Source: Deltaproteobacteria bacterium UBA6106 (GTDB lineage Bacteria; Desulfobacterota; Syntrophorhabdia; Syntrophorhabdales; Syntrophorhabdaceae). Taken from it: DNA of 32,000 nt. Every line of letters starts with the position of its first letter. Positions within the stretch are counted from its first letter, which is position 1. The stretch covers positions 81,998-113,997 of the forward strand of contig DIWM01000014.1 in the NCBI GenBank assembly GCA_002428485.1, read 5' to 3'. The notes beneath the pieces are model-generated. The model ran no database searches. It had not been told where the DNA came from and saw only the letters and a list, made by a program, of their open reading frames with translations. Below are positions 24,927-32,000 of the stretch, piece after piece. A program made the position numbers and the translations under genes.

Positions 24927-26134
24927 TCAACCAGTATGCCGGTATTTCACCTAAGGGCGATCTGCTGCTCCTCCAGAGGCTTGCCAGGGTGCTCGGCGGA
25001 AGATCCTTTCTTCATGTCAATTCTACGCGCGAAGGAGGCGGAGTAGCGGAAATACTGCAGAGGATGATCCCGATTCTCCAGGGCCTCGGCATCGATGCGC
25101 GGTGGGAGACAATCAGCGGCGATGAACAATTTTTCGAAATGACGAAAAAGGTTCACAATGCCCTCCAGGGCAATAAGGAGACTATCACTGACACAATGTG
25201 GCAGCACCATTTCGAGATCAACCGGCAAAACGCAGCGAATATCGATCTCGATGCCGATGCCGTCATCATCCACGATCCTCAACCGGGCCCCCTTGTGGAG
25301 TTTAAAAAAAGGGGTGTCTGGATCTGGCGTTGCCATATCGATATATCGAACCCGTTTAAAGATGTATATAAAGCCCTTGGGCGATATGCATTAAAATATG
25401 ACGCGATAATATTTTCCGTATCAAAGTTCGCGCGGGCAATGAATATTGACGAGTTTATCATTCCGCCTTCCATTGACCCCCTCAGCGAAAAAAACATGGA
25501 GCTTTCCGATGATGAAATAAACGAGACCGCAAAAAGATTGGGCATACCCACAGACAGGCCTATCATACTCCAGGTGTCGAGATTTGACAGGTTCAAAGAC
25601 CCGTTGGGCGTCATAAAGGCATACAGGATGGTAAAGAAATACAATGACTGCATTCTTCTGCTTGCCGGGAGCCCGGCCACAGATGACCCTGAGGGGGCAG
25701 CGGTGCTGAACGAGGTGAAAGAGTTTGCGGCCAATGACCCCGATATACACATACTCCTTCTGCCGCCATTCAGCGATAGGGATATAAATGCCTTGCAGCG
25801 CATGGCCTTCGTCGTCCTTCAGAAATCCCTGAAGGAAGGTTTTGGCCTTACAGTGGCAGAGGCCATGTGGAAAGGAAAACCGGTAATCGGTGGAGCAGTG
25901 GGAGGAATTCCCCTTCAGATAGCCCACGGTGTGACAGGTTTTCTTGTCCACTCCATAGAAGGGACCGCCTTCAGGATCAGGCAATTGCTCAATGCGCCCG
26001 AGATGGCTGAGACAATGGGGGGAAGAGCCAGGGAATTTGTAAGGAAAAATTTCCTTATCACAAGACAGGTACGTGACTACCTTTCCGTATGGTACATAAT
26101 GGAGAACAAGGGCAAAAGCATCATAGAATTCTGA
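24923..26134 (+). CDS. treT: TreT-like GT4 glycosyltransferase (trehalose glycosyltransferring synthase family)
   Basis: The N-terminal region RSFLHVNSTREGGGVAEILQRMIPILQGLGIDARWETISGDEQFFEMTKKVHNALQG closely parallels archaeal TreT as I recall it (SFVHVNST.FGGGVAEIL...GI.ARW.VIEG..EFF.VTK.FHNALQG). The GT-B C-terminal motif is EGFGLTVAEAMWKGKPVIG. Confidence 0.65.
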   Translation: MINQYAGISPKGDLLLLQRLARVLGGRSFLHVNSTREGGGVAEILQRMIPILQGLGIDARWETISGDEQFFEMTKKVHNALQGNKETITDTMWQHHFEINRQNAANIDLDADAVIIHDPQPGPLVEFKKRGVWIWRCHIDISNPFKDVYKALGRYALKYDAIIFSVSKFARAMNIDEFIIPPSIDPLSEKNMELSDDEINETAKRLGIPTDRPIILQVSRFDRFKDPLGVIKAYRMVKKYNDCILLLAGSPATDDPEGAAVLNEVKEFAANDPDIHILLLPPFSDRDINALQRMAFVVLQKSLKEGFGLTVAEAMWKGKPVIGGAVGGIPLQIAHGVTGFLVHSIEGTAFRIRQLLNAPEMAETMGGRAREFVRKNFLITRQVRDYLSVWYIMENKGKSIIEF

Positions 26135-26175
26135 AGCGCACCGCATAATACAGCAAAATGTGCAAGGAGGAAATC

Positions 26176-26628
26176 ATGAAGGCACGCCTCATTCTCATTA
26201 CCGTATTTTTCTTATCAATAGCGGGCAGCGGTCCCCTTGGCGCCGTCTGCGTAAAGGTACCAAAGGCAAATCTCCGGACAGGGCCCGGGACAACCTATGA
26301 GGTAGGCTGGACAGTGTATAAATATATGCCCCTTGAAAAGGTCGGCGCGTCCCTGTCAGGCAAATGGTATGCCGTAAAGGATGTTGACGATACGGTCCTT
26401 TGGATACACAGGAATCTTTTGACAAGCAAATATCGCTGCGTCGTTGTAAAAACCGAAGGAGTAAACGTGAGGAAAGGGCCGGGGATACATTATGAAAAAC
26501 GGTTCGATACGCCCATGGAGAAGTATTATTCCGCAAGGATGATCAAGAGAAAAGGCGCGTGGATCAAGATAATCGACGGAGATAATGATACCGGATGGAT
26601 TCACAGGGATTACGTCTGGATACACTGA
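26176..26628 (+). CDS. Secreted protein with two bacterial SH3 (SH3b) domains
   Basis: ATG at 26176 follows AAGGAGG. There is a signal peptide, then two repeats of the SH3b pattern: ANLRTGPGTTYEV...W.AVKDVD..VLWIH and VNVRKGPGIHYE...GAWIKIIDGDNDTGWIH. Confidence 0.7.
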   Translation: MKARLILITVFFLSIAGSGPLGAVCVKVPKANLRTGPGTTYEVGWTVYKYMPLEKVGASLSGKWYAVKDVDDTVLWIHRNLLTSKYRCVVVKTEGVNVRKGPGIHYEKRFDTPMEKYYSARMIKRKGAWIKIIDGDNDTGWIHRDYVWIH

Positions 26629-26686
26629 CGCTGACCGGTCCCTTAACGATAAAGGATCAAACCGATTTAAAAAAAACTTATTTACG

Positions 26687-26695
26687 TGGTATAAT
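26687..26695 (+). promoter_or_regulatory. Extended -10 promoter element upstream of the GlgD-like/GlgC pair
   Basis: TGGTATAAT, i.e. TGn followed by TATAAT at 26690-26695. The -35 region is poor (TTTAAA). Confidence 0.4.
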
Positions 26696-26767
26696 AACAG
26701 CAGCATCAACGGCTGTATGCGTTATGCGTTGAACCAATAGTCTCCGGCAATCGAGAGGTTTTATGTC

Positions 26768-28003
26768 ATGAAAGATGTCCTTGCCCTGATTCTGGCCGGC
26801 GGCAGGGTGGATGAACTGGGCGTGTTCACCCTTTTCCGGCCGAAATCCATCTTGCCTTTTGGCGGGTTATACCGCATCATTGATTTTCCCATGAGCAGCC
26901 TGATGCATTCCGGCATAGGGCGCGTAGGGATATTTTCCCAATACAGGCCGTTTCATCTGATGGAGCACATCGCGAACGGAGCGCCGTGGGACATGTTAGG
27001 GAGGAAACGTTTTGTGACTGTCCTGCCGCCATTCAAAAGAGAGGGCGCATCTGACTGGTACCGGGGAACCGCCGATGCGGTATACCAGAATCTTGATTTT
27101 ATAAGGCTTAATAAGCCGGACCTCATCCTCATACTATCGGGAGACCATGTCTACAAAATGGATTACCGCAACATTGTCGAATTTCATCGCGAAAAAAATG
27201 CTGATCTTACCGTAGCATTCACAAAGGTCCCCCGCGAAGGAGCCCACCGTTTTGGCCTCGGCATGATCCGGGACGAGGAGCCGCGCGGCGGAAGGCTGCT
27301 GCAGTATGTTGAAAAACCAGACAGGCCTGCCTTTGACTGGGCGTCCCTCACCATATATGTCTTCAGGCCCGAGGTCCTCATGGAAGCCCTCGAGGAAAAC
27401 GCACGGACGGACTCTCATGAGTTCGGCAGGGATATCATTCCCGCCTTGCTGAAGCATCGCAATGTTTACGGCTTCAAACATTCCGGGTACTGGGGATATA
27501 CGCGTACACCGCAGGAGTACTGGCAGACAAACATGGACCTGCTGGGGAGCAGGCCGAAACTGAACATAGATAACTGGGCAGTTGTCACAAACCTTGCCCA
27601 CCGCGACATCCAGGACAGGCAGCCCGCATTTATAGGCAGGTCTGCCGTCATTAGAAATTCCCTCCTTTATTCAGGATGCCGCATAGAGGGTACGGTGACG
27701 AACTCGATACTTTTCCCCGGCGTTAATATTGGCGGTGGCGCGGTGGTAGAAGACTCTATACTTTTTTTCGACGCGAAAGTAGGTAAAAACGCCAGGATCA
27801 TAAAGACTATCGCCGACAACGAGGTTCACACAGGAAGGAACGTCACCGTGGGCGATGCCCGCGATGGCAGACTCTGCCTTATCGGACGGGGCGCGCGCAT
27901 ACCTGAAGACATTACAATACCCCAGGGGGTAACAGTGTTCCCCAACCTTGGCCCTGCTCATTTCACCGGGGGCCACTATAAGCCGGGAGATATTATCAAA
28001 TGA
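26768..28003 (+). CDS. Glucose-1-phosphate adenylyltransferase paralog with a degenerate glycine-rich loop (GlgD-like, probably regulatory)
   Basis: It is homologous to the next gene over its whole length (FGG.YRIIDF, SGDHVYKMDY, YVEKP, C-terminal left-handed beta-helix repeats). However, the N-terminal loop is LAGGRVDEL instead of GGxGxRL. Confidence 0.7.
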   Translation: MKDVLALILAGGRVDELGVFTLFRPKSILPFGGLYRIIDFPMSSLMHSGIGRVGIFSQYRPFHLMEHIANGAPWDMLGRKRFVTVLPPFKREGASDWYRGTADAVYQNLDFIRLNKPDLILILSGDHVYKMDYRNIVEFHREKNADLTVAFTKVPREGAHRFGLGMIRDEEPRGGRLLQYVEKPDRPAFDWASLTIYVFRPEVLMEALEENARTDSHEFGRDIIPALLKHRNVYGFKHSGYWGYTRTPQEYWQTNMDLLGSRPKLNIDNWAVVTNLAHRDIQDRQPAFIGRSAVIRNSLLYSGCRIEGTVTNSILFPGVNIGGGAVVEDSILFFDAKVGKNARIIKTIADNEVHTGRNVTVGDARDGRLCLIGRGARIPEDITIPQGVTVFPNLGPAHFTGGHYKPGDIIK

Positions 28004-29262
28004 GGAGAACCCTTACAATGCTGCTTGCCGGCGGCGTCGGCAGCCGCTTGAACATCCTTGTGCGCCTCAGGGCAAAACCGGCAGTCCCCTTCGGAGGGCA
28101 GTACAGGATCATCGATTTTACGTTGAGCAACATAGCGAACTCGGGCCTTACAAGGGTTGCCGTGCTGACACAGTACAAGCCCCTTTCCATGATGGACCAT
28201 ATCGGCGACGGCTCCTCATGGGATATGTCGGGACGCACCAGAAGCATAAAGATCCTGCCCCCCAAAACAGGTGAAAAGGACTGGGACTGGTATCGGGGGA
28301 CCGCCGATGCCGTGAGGCAGAACCTTGATTTTATTACTTCTGCCGGGAATTGCACCGACGTTCTTGTCCTCTCCGGCGATCACGTCTACGCGATGGATTA
28401 TCGCCCGCTGGTGGAGTTCCATAGAAGTCACGGCGCAAAGGTGACGATAGGCATGATCCAGGTCCCTCGCAGAGAAACGCACAATTTCGGCATCGGCATC
28501 GTTGACAATGCGCACAGGATCATCGATTGGGAAGAAAAACCAAAAAAGGCAAGGTCAAACTTTGCCTCAATGGGCATCTACGTCTTCGACAGGGACTACC
28601 TTGTAACGATGCTGAGAAGAACAAAAGAAGAGGATTTCGGCCACCACGTCATTCCCAAGGCCATGGAAGAAAAAAATGTGTACGCGTATAACTTCAAAGG
28701 CTACTGGAAGGATGCAGGAACTATTCAGGCTTACTGGGATGCCAACATGGACCTCCTGGACCCCAAATCGGACCTCAACCCTGAAGCGTGGGGGACAAAA
28801 ACCAATGTTGTCGCCGAGGGGCCGCCGAGCGACCGTCAACCCATCCGCATTTATGATGAGGCAGAGGTGTCTGATTCGGCCGTCTCGCCCGGCTGCCTTA
28901 TCAAGGGCCGAGTCTGCCACTCCGTGCTCTCCCCGGGCGTGATCGTGGAAAAAGGGGCATTCATCAGCGATTCGATCATAATGCATGATGCTGTCATAAA
29001 GTCGGGCACATCGGTCAGCAGATGCATCATCGATAAGCGCGTAGTGATTGGAAGAAATTGCTCCATCGGTACGGGAAACCCGGAAAATGCAAATAACGAA
29101 TTCCCGGAACAGCTTAATTCCGGCATAACCCTCATAGGAAAAGGGGCAAAGATTCCCGATAGCACAAAGATGGGCACGAACTGTATCGTCTATCCCATGG
29201 TCGAAAAAGCCGACTTCCACGACCCGTCCGTCAAGGATGGATCTACTCTCGAAAAACCCTAA
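28000..29262 (+). CDS. glgC: Glucose-1-phosphate adenylyltransferase (ADP-glucose pyrophosphorylase), catalytic type
   Basis: ATGA start/stop overlap with the upstream paralog. Canonical motifs are present: LAGGVGSRL, RAKPAVPFGGQYRIIDFTLSN, SGDHVYAMDY and WEEKPKK. Confidence 0.85.
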   Translation: MRRTLTMLLAGGVGSRLNILVRLRAKPAVPFGGQYRIIDFTLSNIANSGLTRVAVLTQYKPLSMMDHIGDGSSWDMSGRTRSIKILPPKTGEKDWDWYRGTADAVRQNLDFITSAGNCTDVLVLSGDHVYAMDYRPLVEFHRSHGAKVTIGMIQVPRRETHNFGIGIVDNAHRIIDWEEKPKKARSNFASMGIYVFDRDYLVTMLRRTKEEDFGHHVIPKAMEEKNVYAYNFKGYWKDAGTIQAYWDANMDLLDPKSDLNPEAWGTKTNVVAEGPPSDRQPIRIYDEAEVSDSAVSPGCLIKGRVCHSVLSPGVIVEKGAFISDSIIMHDAVIKSGTSVSRCIIDKRVVIGRNCSIGTGNPENANNEFPEQLNSGITLIGKGAKIPDSTKMGTNCIVYPMVEKADFHDPSVKDGSTLEKP

Positions 29263-29286
29263 AACCGCCTTTTAATCCGGATGATC

Positions 29287-29306
29287 CCCCGCAGCTTGCT
29301 GCGGGG
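29287..29306 (+). terminator. GC-rich hairpin after glgC (terminator-like, no U tract)
   Basis: CCCCGCAG cttg CTGCGGGG, an 8-bp stem with a CUUG tetraloop. TAGTTCATTG follows, so it is not a classical intrinsic terminator. Confidence 0.4.
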
Positions 29307-29392
29307 TAGTTCATTGTCCAGATTGTAGCCTGCTTAACAGAAAATCTTCAATTTTTTCATTATACTTATAATAAGGAAAGGAGGTGTGCAGC

Positions 29393-29659
29393 ATGAAGCT
29401 TCACCAAAAATACCTGCTGTACAAAAAGGATCTTTTCGGCCGGCTCCGTTTTCTTTTAAACCTGCACTATCTCAGAGAGCACCTGGTTGAACAAGGCGGG
29501 CCCGATCATTCCGCAAACGTTTTTTCAAAAGATCTGAACGCTGCAGGCCACCAAGCGCCTTCGTGCTCTGAAACACTCAGGGCCAAAGATGCTGTGATGC
29601 AGGAATATGACCCATATATCGCGGACCTTGTCAAAGATCTTGCTAAATATAAATCGTAA
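29393..29659 (+). CDS. Hypothetical 88-aa protein
   Basis: ATG at 29393 follows a strong RBS, AAGGAAAGGAGG. I recognise no motif. The N terminus is basic and amphipathic (KYLLYKKDLFGRLRFLLNLHYL). Confidence 0.4.
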   Translation: MKLHQKYLLYKKDLFGRLRFLLNLHYLREHLVEQGGPDHSANVFSKDLNAAGHQAPSCSETLRAKDAVMQEYDPYIADLVKDLAKYKS

Positions 29660-29767
29660 GACTCTTATCGGAAGTGTTTACGCGGGCGTCAGGAAATTGT
29701 TTGGCTGAATGCAGGCCTATTTGGTTTGTTCCAAAAGCACAATGAGAATGGAATAAATATTTTCTTA

Positions 29768-29776
29768 TGCTATAAT
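29768..29776 (+). promoter_or_regulatory. Extended -10 promoter element upstream of the small coiled-coil gene and treZ
   Basis: TGCTATAAT, i.e. TGn followed by TATAAT at 29771-29776. Confidence 0.4.
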
Positions 29777-29810
29777 ATTGTATAGTTATCACATAGCAAG
29801 GAGGTCACAG

Positions 29811-30104
29811 GTGGACAAGGAAAAAAGGGAGGCATACATTGAAAAGCTTGCCGCGCAATTAAAAGAATGGAACGTGCAGATCGATGGGCTCATAGCAAAG
29901 GCGGAAAAGGCGAAAACCGATGCCGGGGCTGAGTATACCAGACAGATTGAGAACCTGAATCAAAAGAAAGAAACAGCGGCAAAAAAATTAGAGGAGTTGA
30001 AGGGAAAAGGCGAAGGCGCATGGGAAGATATCGCCGCCGGCATGGAAAAGGTCCTGGACGACCTGAAGGCTACATTTGATAATATAAAAACGAGATTTAA
30101 GTAA
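29811..30104 (+). CDS. Small (97-aa) K/E-rich coiled-coil protein, function unknown
   Basis: GTG at 29811 follows AAGGAGG with good spacing. The track ORF start at 29778 has no RBS. The sequence is entirely helical: EAYIEKLAAQLKEWNVQIDGLIAKAEKAKTDA...AWEDIAAGMEKVLDDLKATFDNIKTRF. Confidence 0.5.
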   Translation: MDKEKREAYIEKLAAQLKEWNVQIDGLIAKAEKAKTDAGAEYTRQIENLNQKKETAAKKLEELKGKGEGAWEDIAAGMEKVLDDLKATFDNIKTRFK

Positions 30105-30112
30105 ACTAAATT

Positions 30113-31960
30113 ATGATTGCCGGCAATATGATCGGTCCTTATTACCGGGGGCGCGGGGAAGGAAGTTTTACCGTCTGGGCTCCCCTTGCGCAGGATATCT
30201 CTGTAATGATGCTTGGCTCCGCGGCACGGTTGCTGCCGATGGAAAAAAATGCAAATGGGTACTGGGAAACCGTTGCCGAAAAGACGTTCCCGGGGGCTCT
30301 CTATTATTACAGGATCAACAACGCAATCGACAGGCCTGACCCGGCATCTCATTTTCAACCGCAAGGCGTACATGGCCCGTCTCAGTTGGTTGACCACGGG
30401 TCATTCGTCTGGGAGGACCATGACTGGAAGGGCATACCGCTTGCCGATTACATAATATACGAACTTCACGTCGGCACATTTACCCACGACGGCACCTTTG
30501 AGGCCATCATTTCCCGCCTGCCCTACCTGACGGATCTCGGCATAACTGCGATAGAGATCATGCCTGTTGCGCAATTTCCCGGCGAAAGAAACTGGGGATA
30601 TGACGGCGCATATCCTTTTGCACCCCAGAACTTCTACGGCGGGCCCGACGGGCTGAAACTGCTGGTCAACGAATGCCATAAAGCGGGTATCGCGGTCATT
30701 CTCGACGTGGTCTACAACCACCTGGGGCCCGAGGGAAATTATCTCGGTGATTTCGGGCCCTATTTTACTGACCGATACAGGACCCCCTGGGGAGATGCGA
30801 TAAACTTTGACGGGCCATATAGCGACGGGGTGCGGCATTACTTCATCAGCAATGCCCTGCACTGGGTTTCACGATATCATGTCGACGCCCTCAGGATCGA
30901 CGCAATACACGGCATATATGATCTGAGCGCCACTCATATCCTCAAGGAGCTCTCGCTGGCAGTATATGATAAGGCTACCGAACTCGGGAGAAAGGTATAC
31001 ATAATGGCGGAAAGCGACCTGAACGATGTGCGGGTGATCAATCCGCCCGGGATAGGTGGTTATGGAGTCGATGCACAGTGGAACGACGACTTCCACCATG
31101 CCCTTCATACGCTCATTACAGGGGAATCAGACGGGTATTACCAGGACTTCGGGGAGCTGCCCTACTTGATCAAGGCGTACCGTGAGGGGTTTGTCTATTC
31201 AGGACAGTATTCCGTGTACAGAAAACGCAGGCACGGCAGTTCCTCGAAGAGAAGGCCGGCGGAACAGTTTGTCGTGTTCTCTCAGAACCATGACCAGGTC
31301 GGCAACCGGAAACGCGGCGACAGGCTCAGCCAGGAACATTCGCTGGAGAAGCTCAAGCTTGCCGCCGCCGCAGTGATCCTGTCGCCTTTTATTCCACTTT
31401 TATTTATGGGAGAGGAGTATGGGGAAACGGCGCCGTTCAATTATTTTGTGCACCACTCCGATGCGGCCCTCATTGAAGCGGTAAAAAGAGGAAGGATGGA
31501 AGAGTTTTCTTCCTTTGGATGGGACGGCCCTATCGCCGACCCCCAGGAAGAAAGCACATTCCTTGCCTCCACGTTGAACATCGATCTTCGCCTGCAGGGG
31601 GAGCACAGAATACTCCACGAATTTTACAGGCACCTGATCGGCATGCGCAAGGCGACCCCTCCCCTGAGAGATATCTCAAAAAAAACGATGGCAATAAAGG
31701 GGTTTGCAAAAGATAAATGCCTTTCCGTGCATCGATCGGCCGGCGGCGACGAAGTGGTCTGTTTTTATAATTTTCACGGGGGGGCGGCGTCTATTTCGCC
31801 CCGTTTAAAACAAGGCACATGGAGGAAAATGCTCGACTCTTCTTCTTCTGAGTGGGGAGGCCCCGCCCCGGAAACAGCGGACCAGGTCATAGGGTCATGC
31901 AACGGCAGCGCACCTGTTTCGCTGAACCCATGGAGCGCGGTTATCTACCGGAAAGTATAA
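30113..31960 (+). CDS. treZ: Malto-oligosyltrehalose trehalohydrolase (GH13)
   Basis: The N-terminal domain shows FTVWAP. The GH13 conserved regions are VILDVVYNH, DALRIDAIH, IMAESD and FSQNHDQVGN. Also present: YELHVGTFT..GTF and GITAIEIMPVAQFPGERNWGYDG. Confidence 0.85.
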   Translation: MIAGNMIGPYYRGRGEGSFTVWAPLAQDISVMMLGSAARLLPMEKNANGYWETVAEKTFPGALYYYRINNAIDRPDPASHFQPQGVHGPSQLVDHGSFVWEDHDWKGIPLADYIIYELHVGTFTHDGTFEAIISRLPYLTDLGITAIEIMPVAQFPGERNWGYDGAYPFAPQNFYGGPDGLKLLVNECHKAGIAVILDVVYNHLGPEGNYLGDFGPYFTDRYRTPWGDAINFDGPYSDGVRHYFISNALHWVSRYHVDALRIDAIHGIYDLSATHILKELSLAVYDKATELGRKVYIMAESDLNDVRVINPPGIGGYGVDAQWNDDFHHALHTLITGESDGYYQDFGELPYLIKAYREGFVYSGQYSVYRKRRHGSSSKRRPAEQFVVFSQNHDQVGNRKRGDRLSQEHSLEKLKLAAAAVILSPFIPLLFMGEEYGETAPFNYFVHHSDAALIEAVKRGRMEEFSSFGWDGPIADPQEESTFLASTLNIDLRLQGEHRILHEFYRHLIGMRKATPPLRDISKKTMAIKGFAKDKCLSVHRSAGGDEVVCFYNFHGGAASISPRLKQGTWRKMLDSSSSEWGGPAPETADQVIGSCNGSAPVSLNPWSAVIYRKV

Positions 31961-31973
31961 GAACTGGAGGATT

Positions 31974-32000
31974 ATGGATCGATATATATGTATTCACAGC
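31974..32000 (+). CDS. Start of the next gene, possibly a GH57-family glycoside hydrolase (3' end outside the window)
   Basis: GGAGG precedes ATG at 31974. The nine codons MDRYICIHS resemble the common GH57 N terminus (.YICIHGHFYQP). This is too short to be sure. Confidence 0.3.

Noticed and set aside
1-32000. Defence systems, toxin-antitoxin pairs, prophage or transposon remnants, and tRNA or rRNA genes.
   Set aside because: No ORF shows nuclease, ATPase-defence, integrase, transposase or phage-structural signatures. No intergenic region has a cloverleaf-like or rRNA-like sequence.

Overview
The window is almost entirely coding, mostly on the + strand, and looks like an anaerobic bacterial chromosome. 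I found no rRNA, tRNA, CRISPR array, transposase, integrase or recognisable defence genes. Four functional blocks are visible.

(1) 1-1787: a 5'-truncated membrane-anchored multiheme cytochrome c, translationally coupled to a b-type cytochrome subunit. An odd 240-bp intergenic tract of serial heptamer repeats follows.

(2) 2168-8039: a 1310-aa hybrid sensor kinase (multi-PAS, GAF, HisKA, HATPase, REC) and the translational GTPase TypA/BipA.

(3) 8233-17501: the most interesting block. It is a tightly packed operon of a UbiD-family (prFMN-dependent) decarboxylase, an ANL-family acyl/aryl-CoA ligase, a TAXI-type TRAP binding protein, a fused TRAP permease, a TIGR04076-like Cys-rich small protein and the UbiX flavin prenyltransferase. 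A FadR-type GntR regulator and an orphan DctP-type binding protein follow. This is the gene signature of anaerobic aryl-carboxyl-CoA (phthalate-isomer-type) decarboxylation, but the accessory genes are unusual and the UbiD catalytic motif is diverged. The substrate is unknown.

(4) 17716-32000: a ClC channel followed by a carbohydrate/compatible-solute supercluster. It holds a divergent glucosyl-3-phosphoglycerate synthase and phosphatase pair, and a TreT-like trehalose synthase coupled to an internally duplicated DUF5752-like protein. It also holds a GlgD-like/GlgC ADP-glucose pyrophosphorylase pair, TreZ and the start of a probable GH57 enzyme. Envelope proteins are interspersed: a lipoprotein, coiled-coil proteins, an M23 peptidase and an SH3b protein.

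All functional calls come from reading motifs in the supplied translations and from manual inspection of the DNA. No database search was run.
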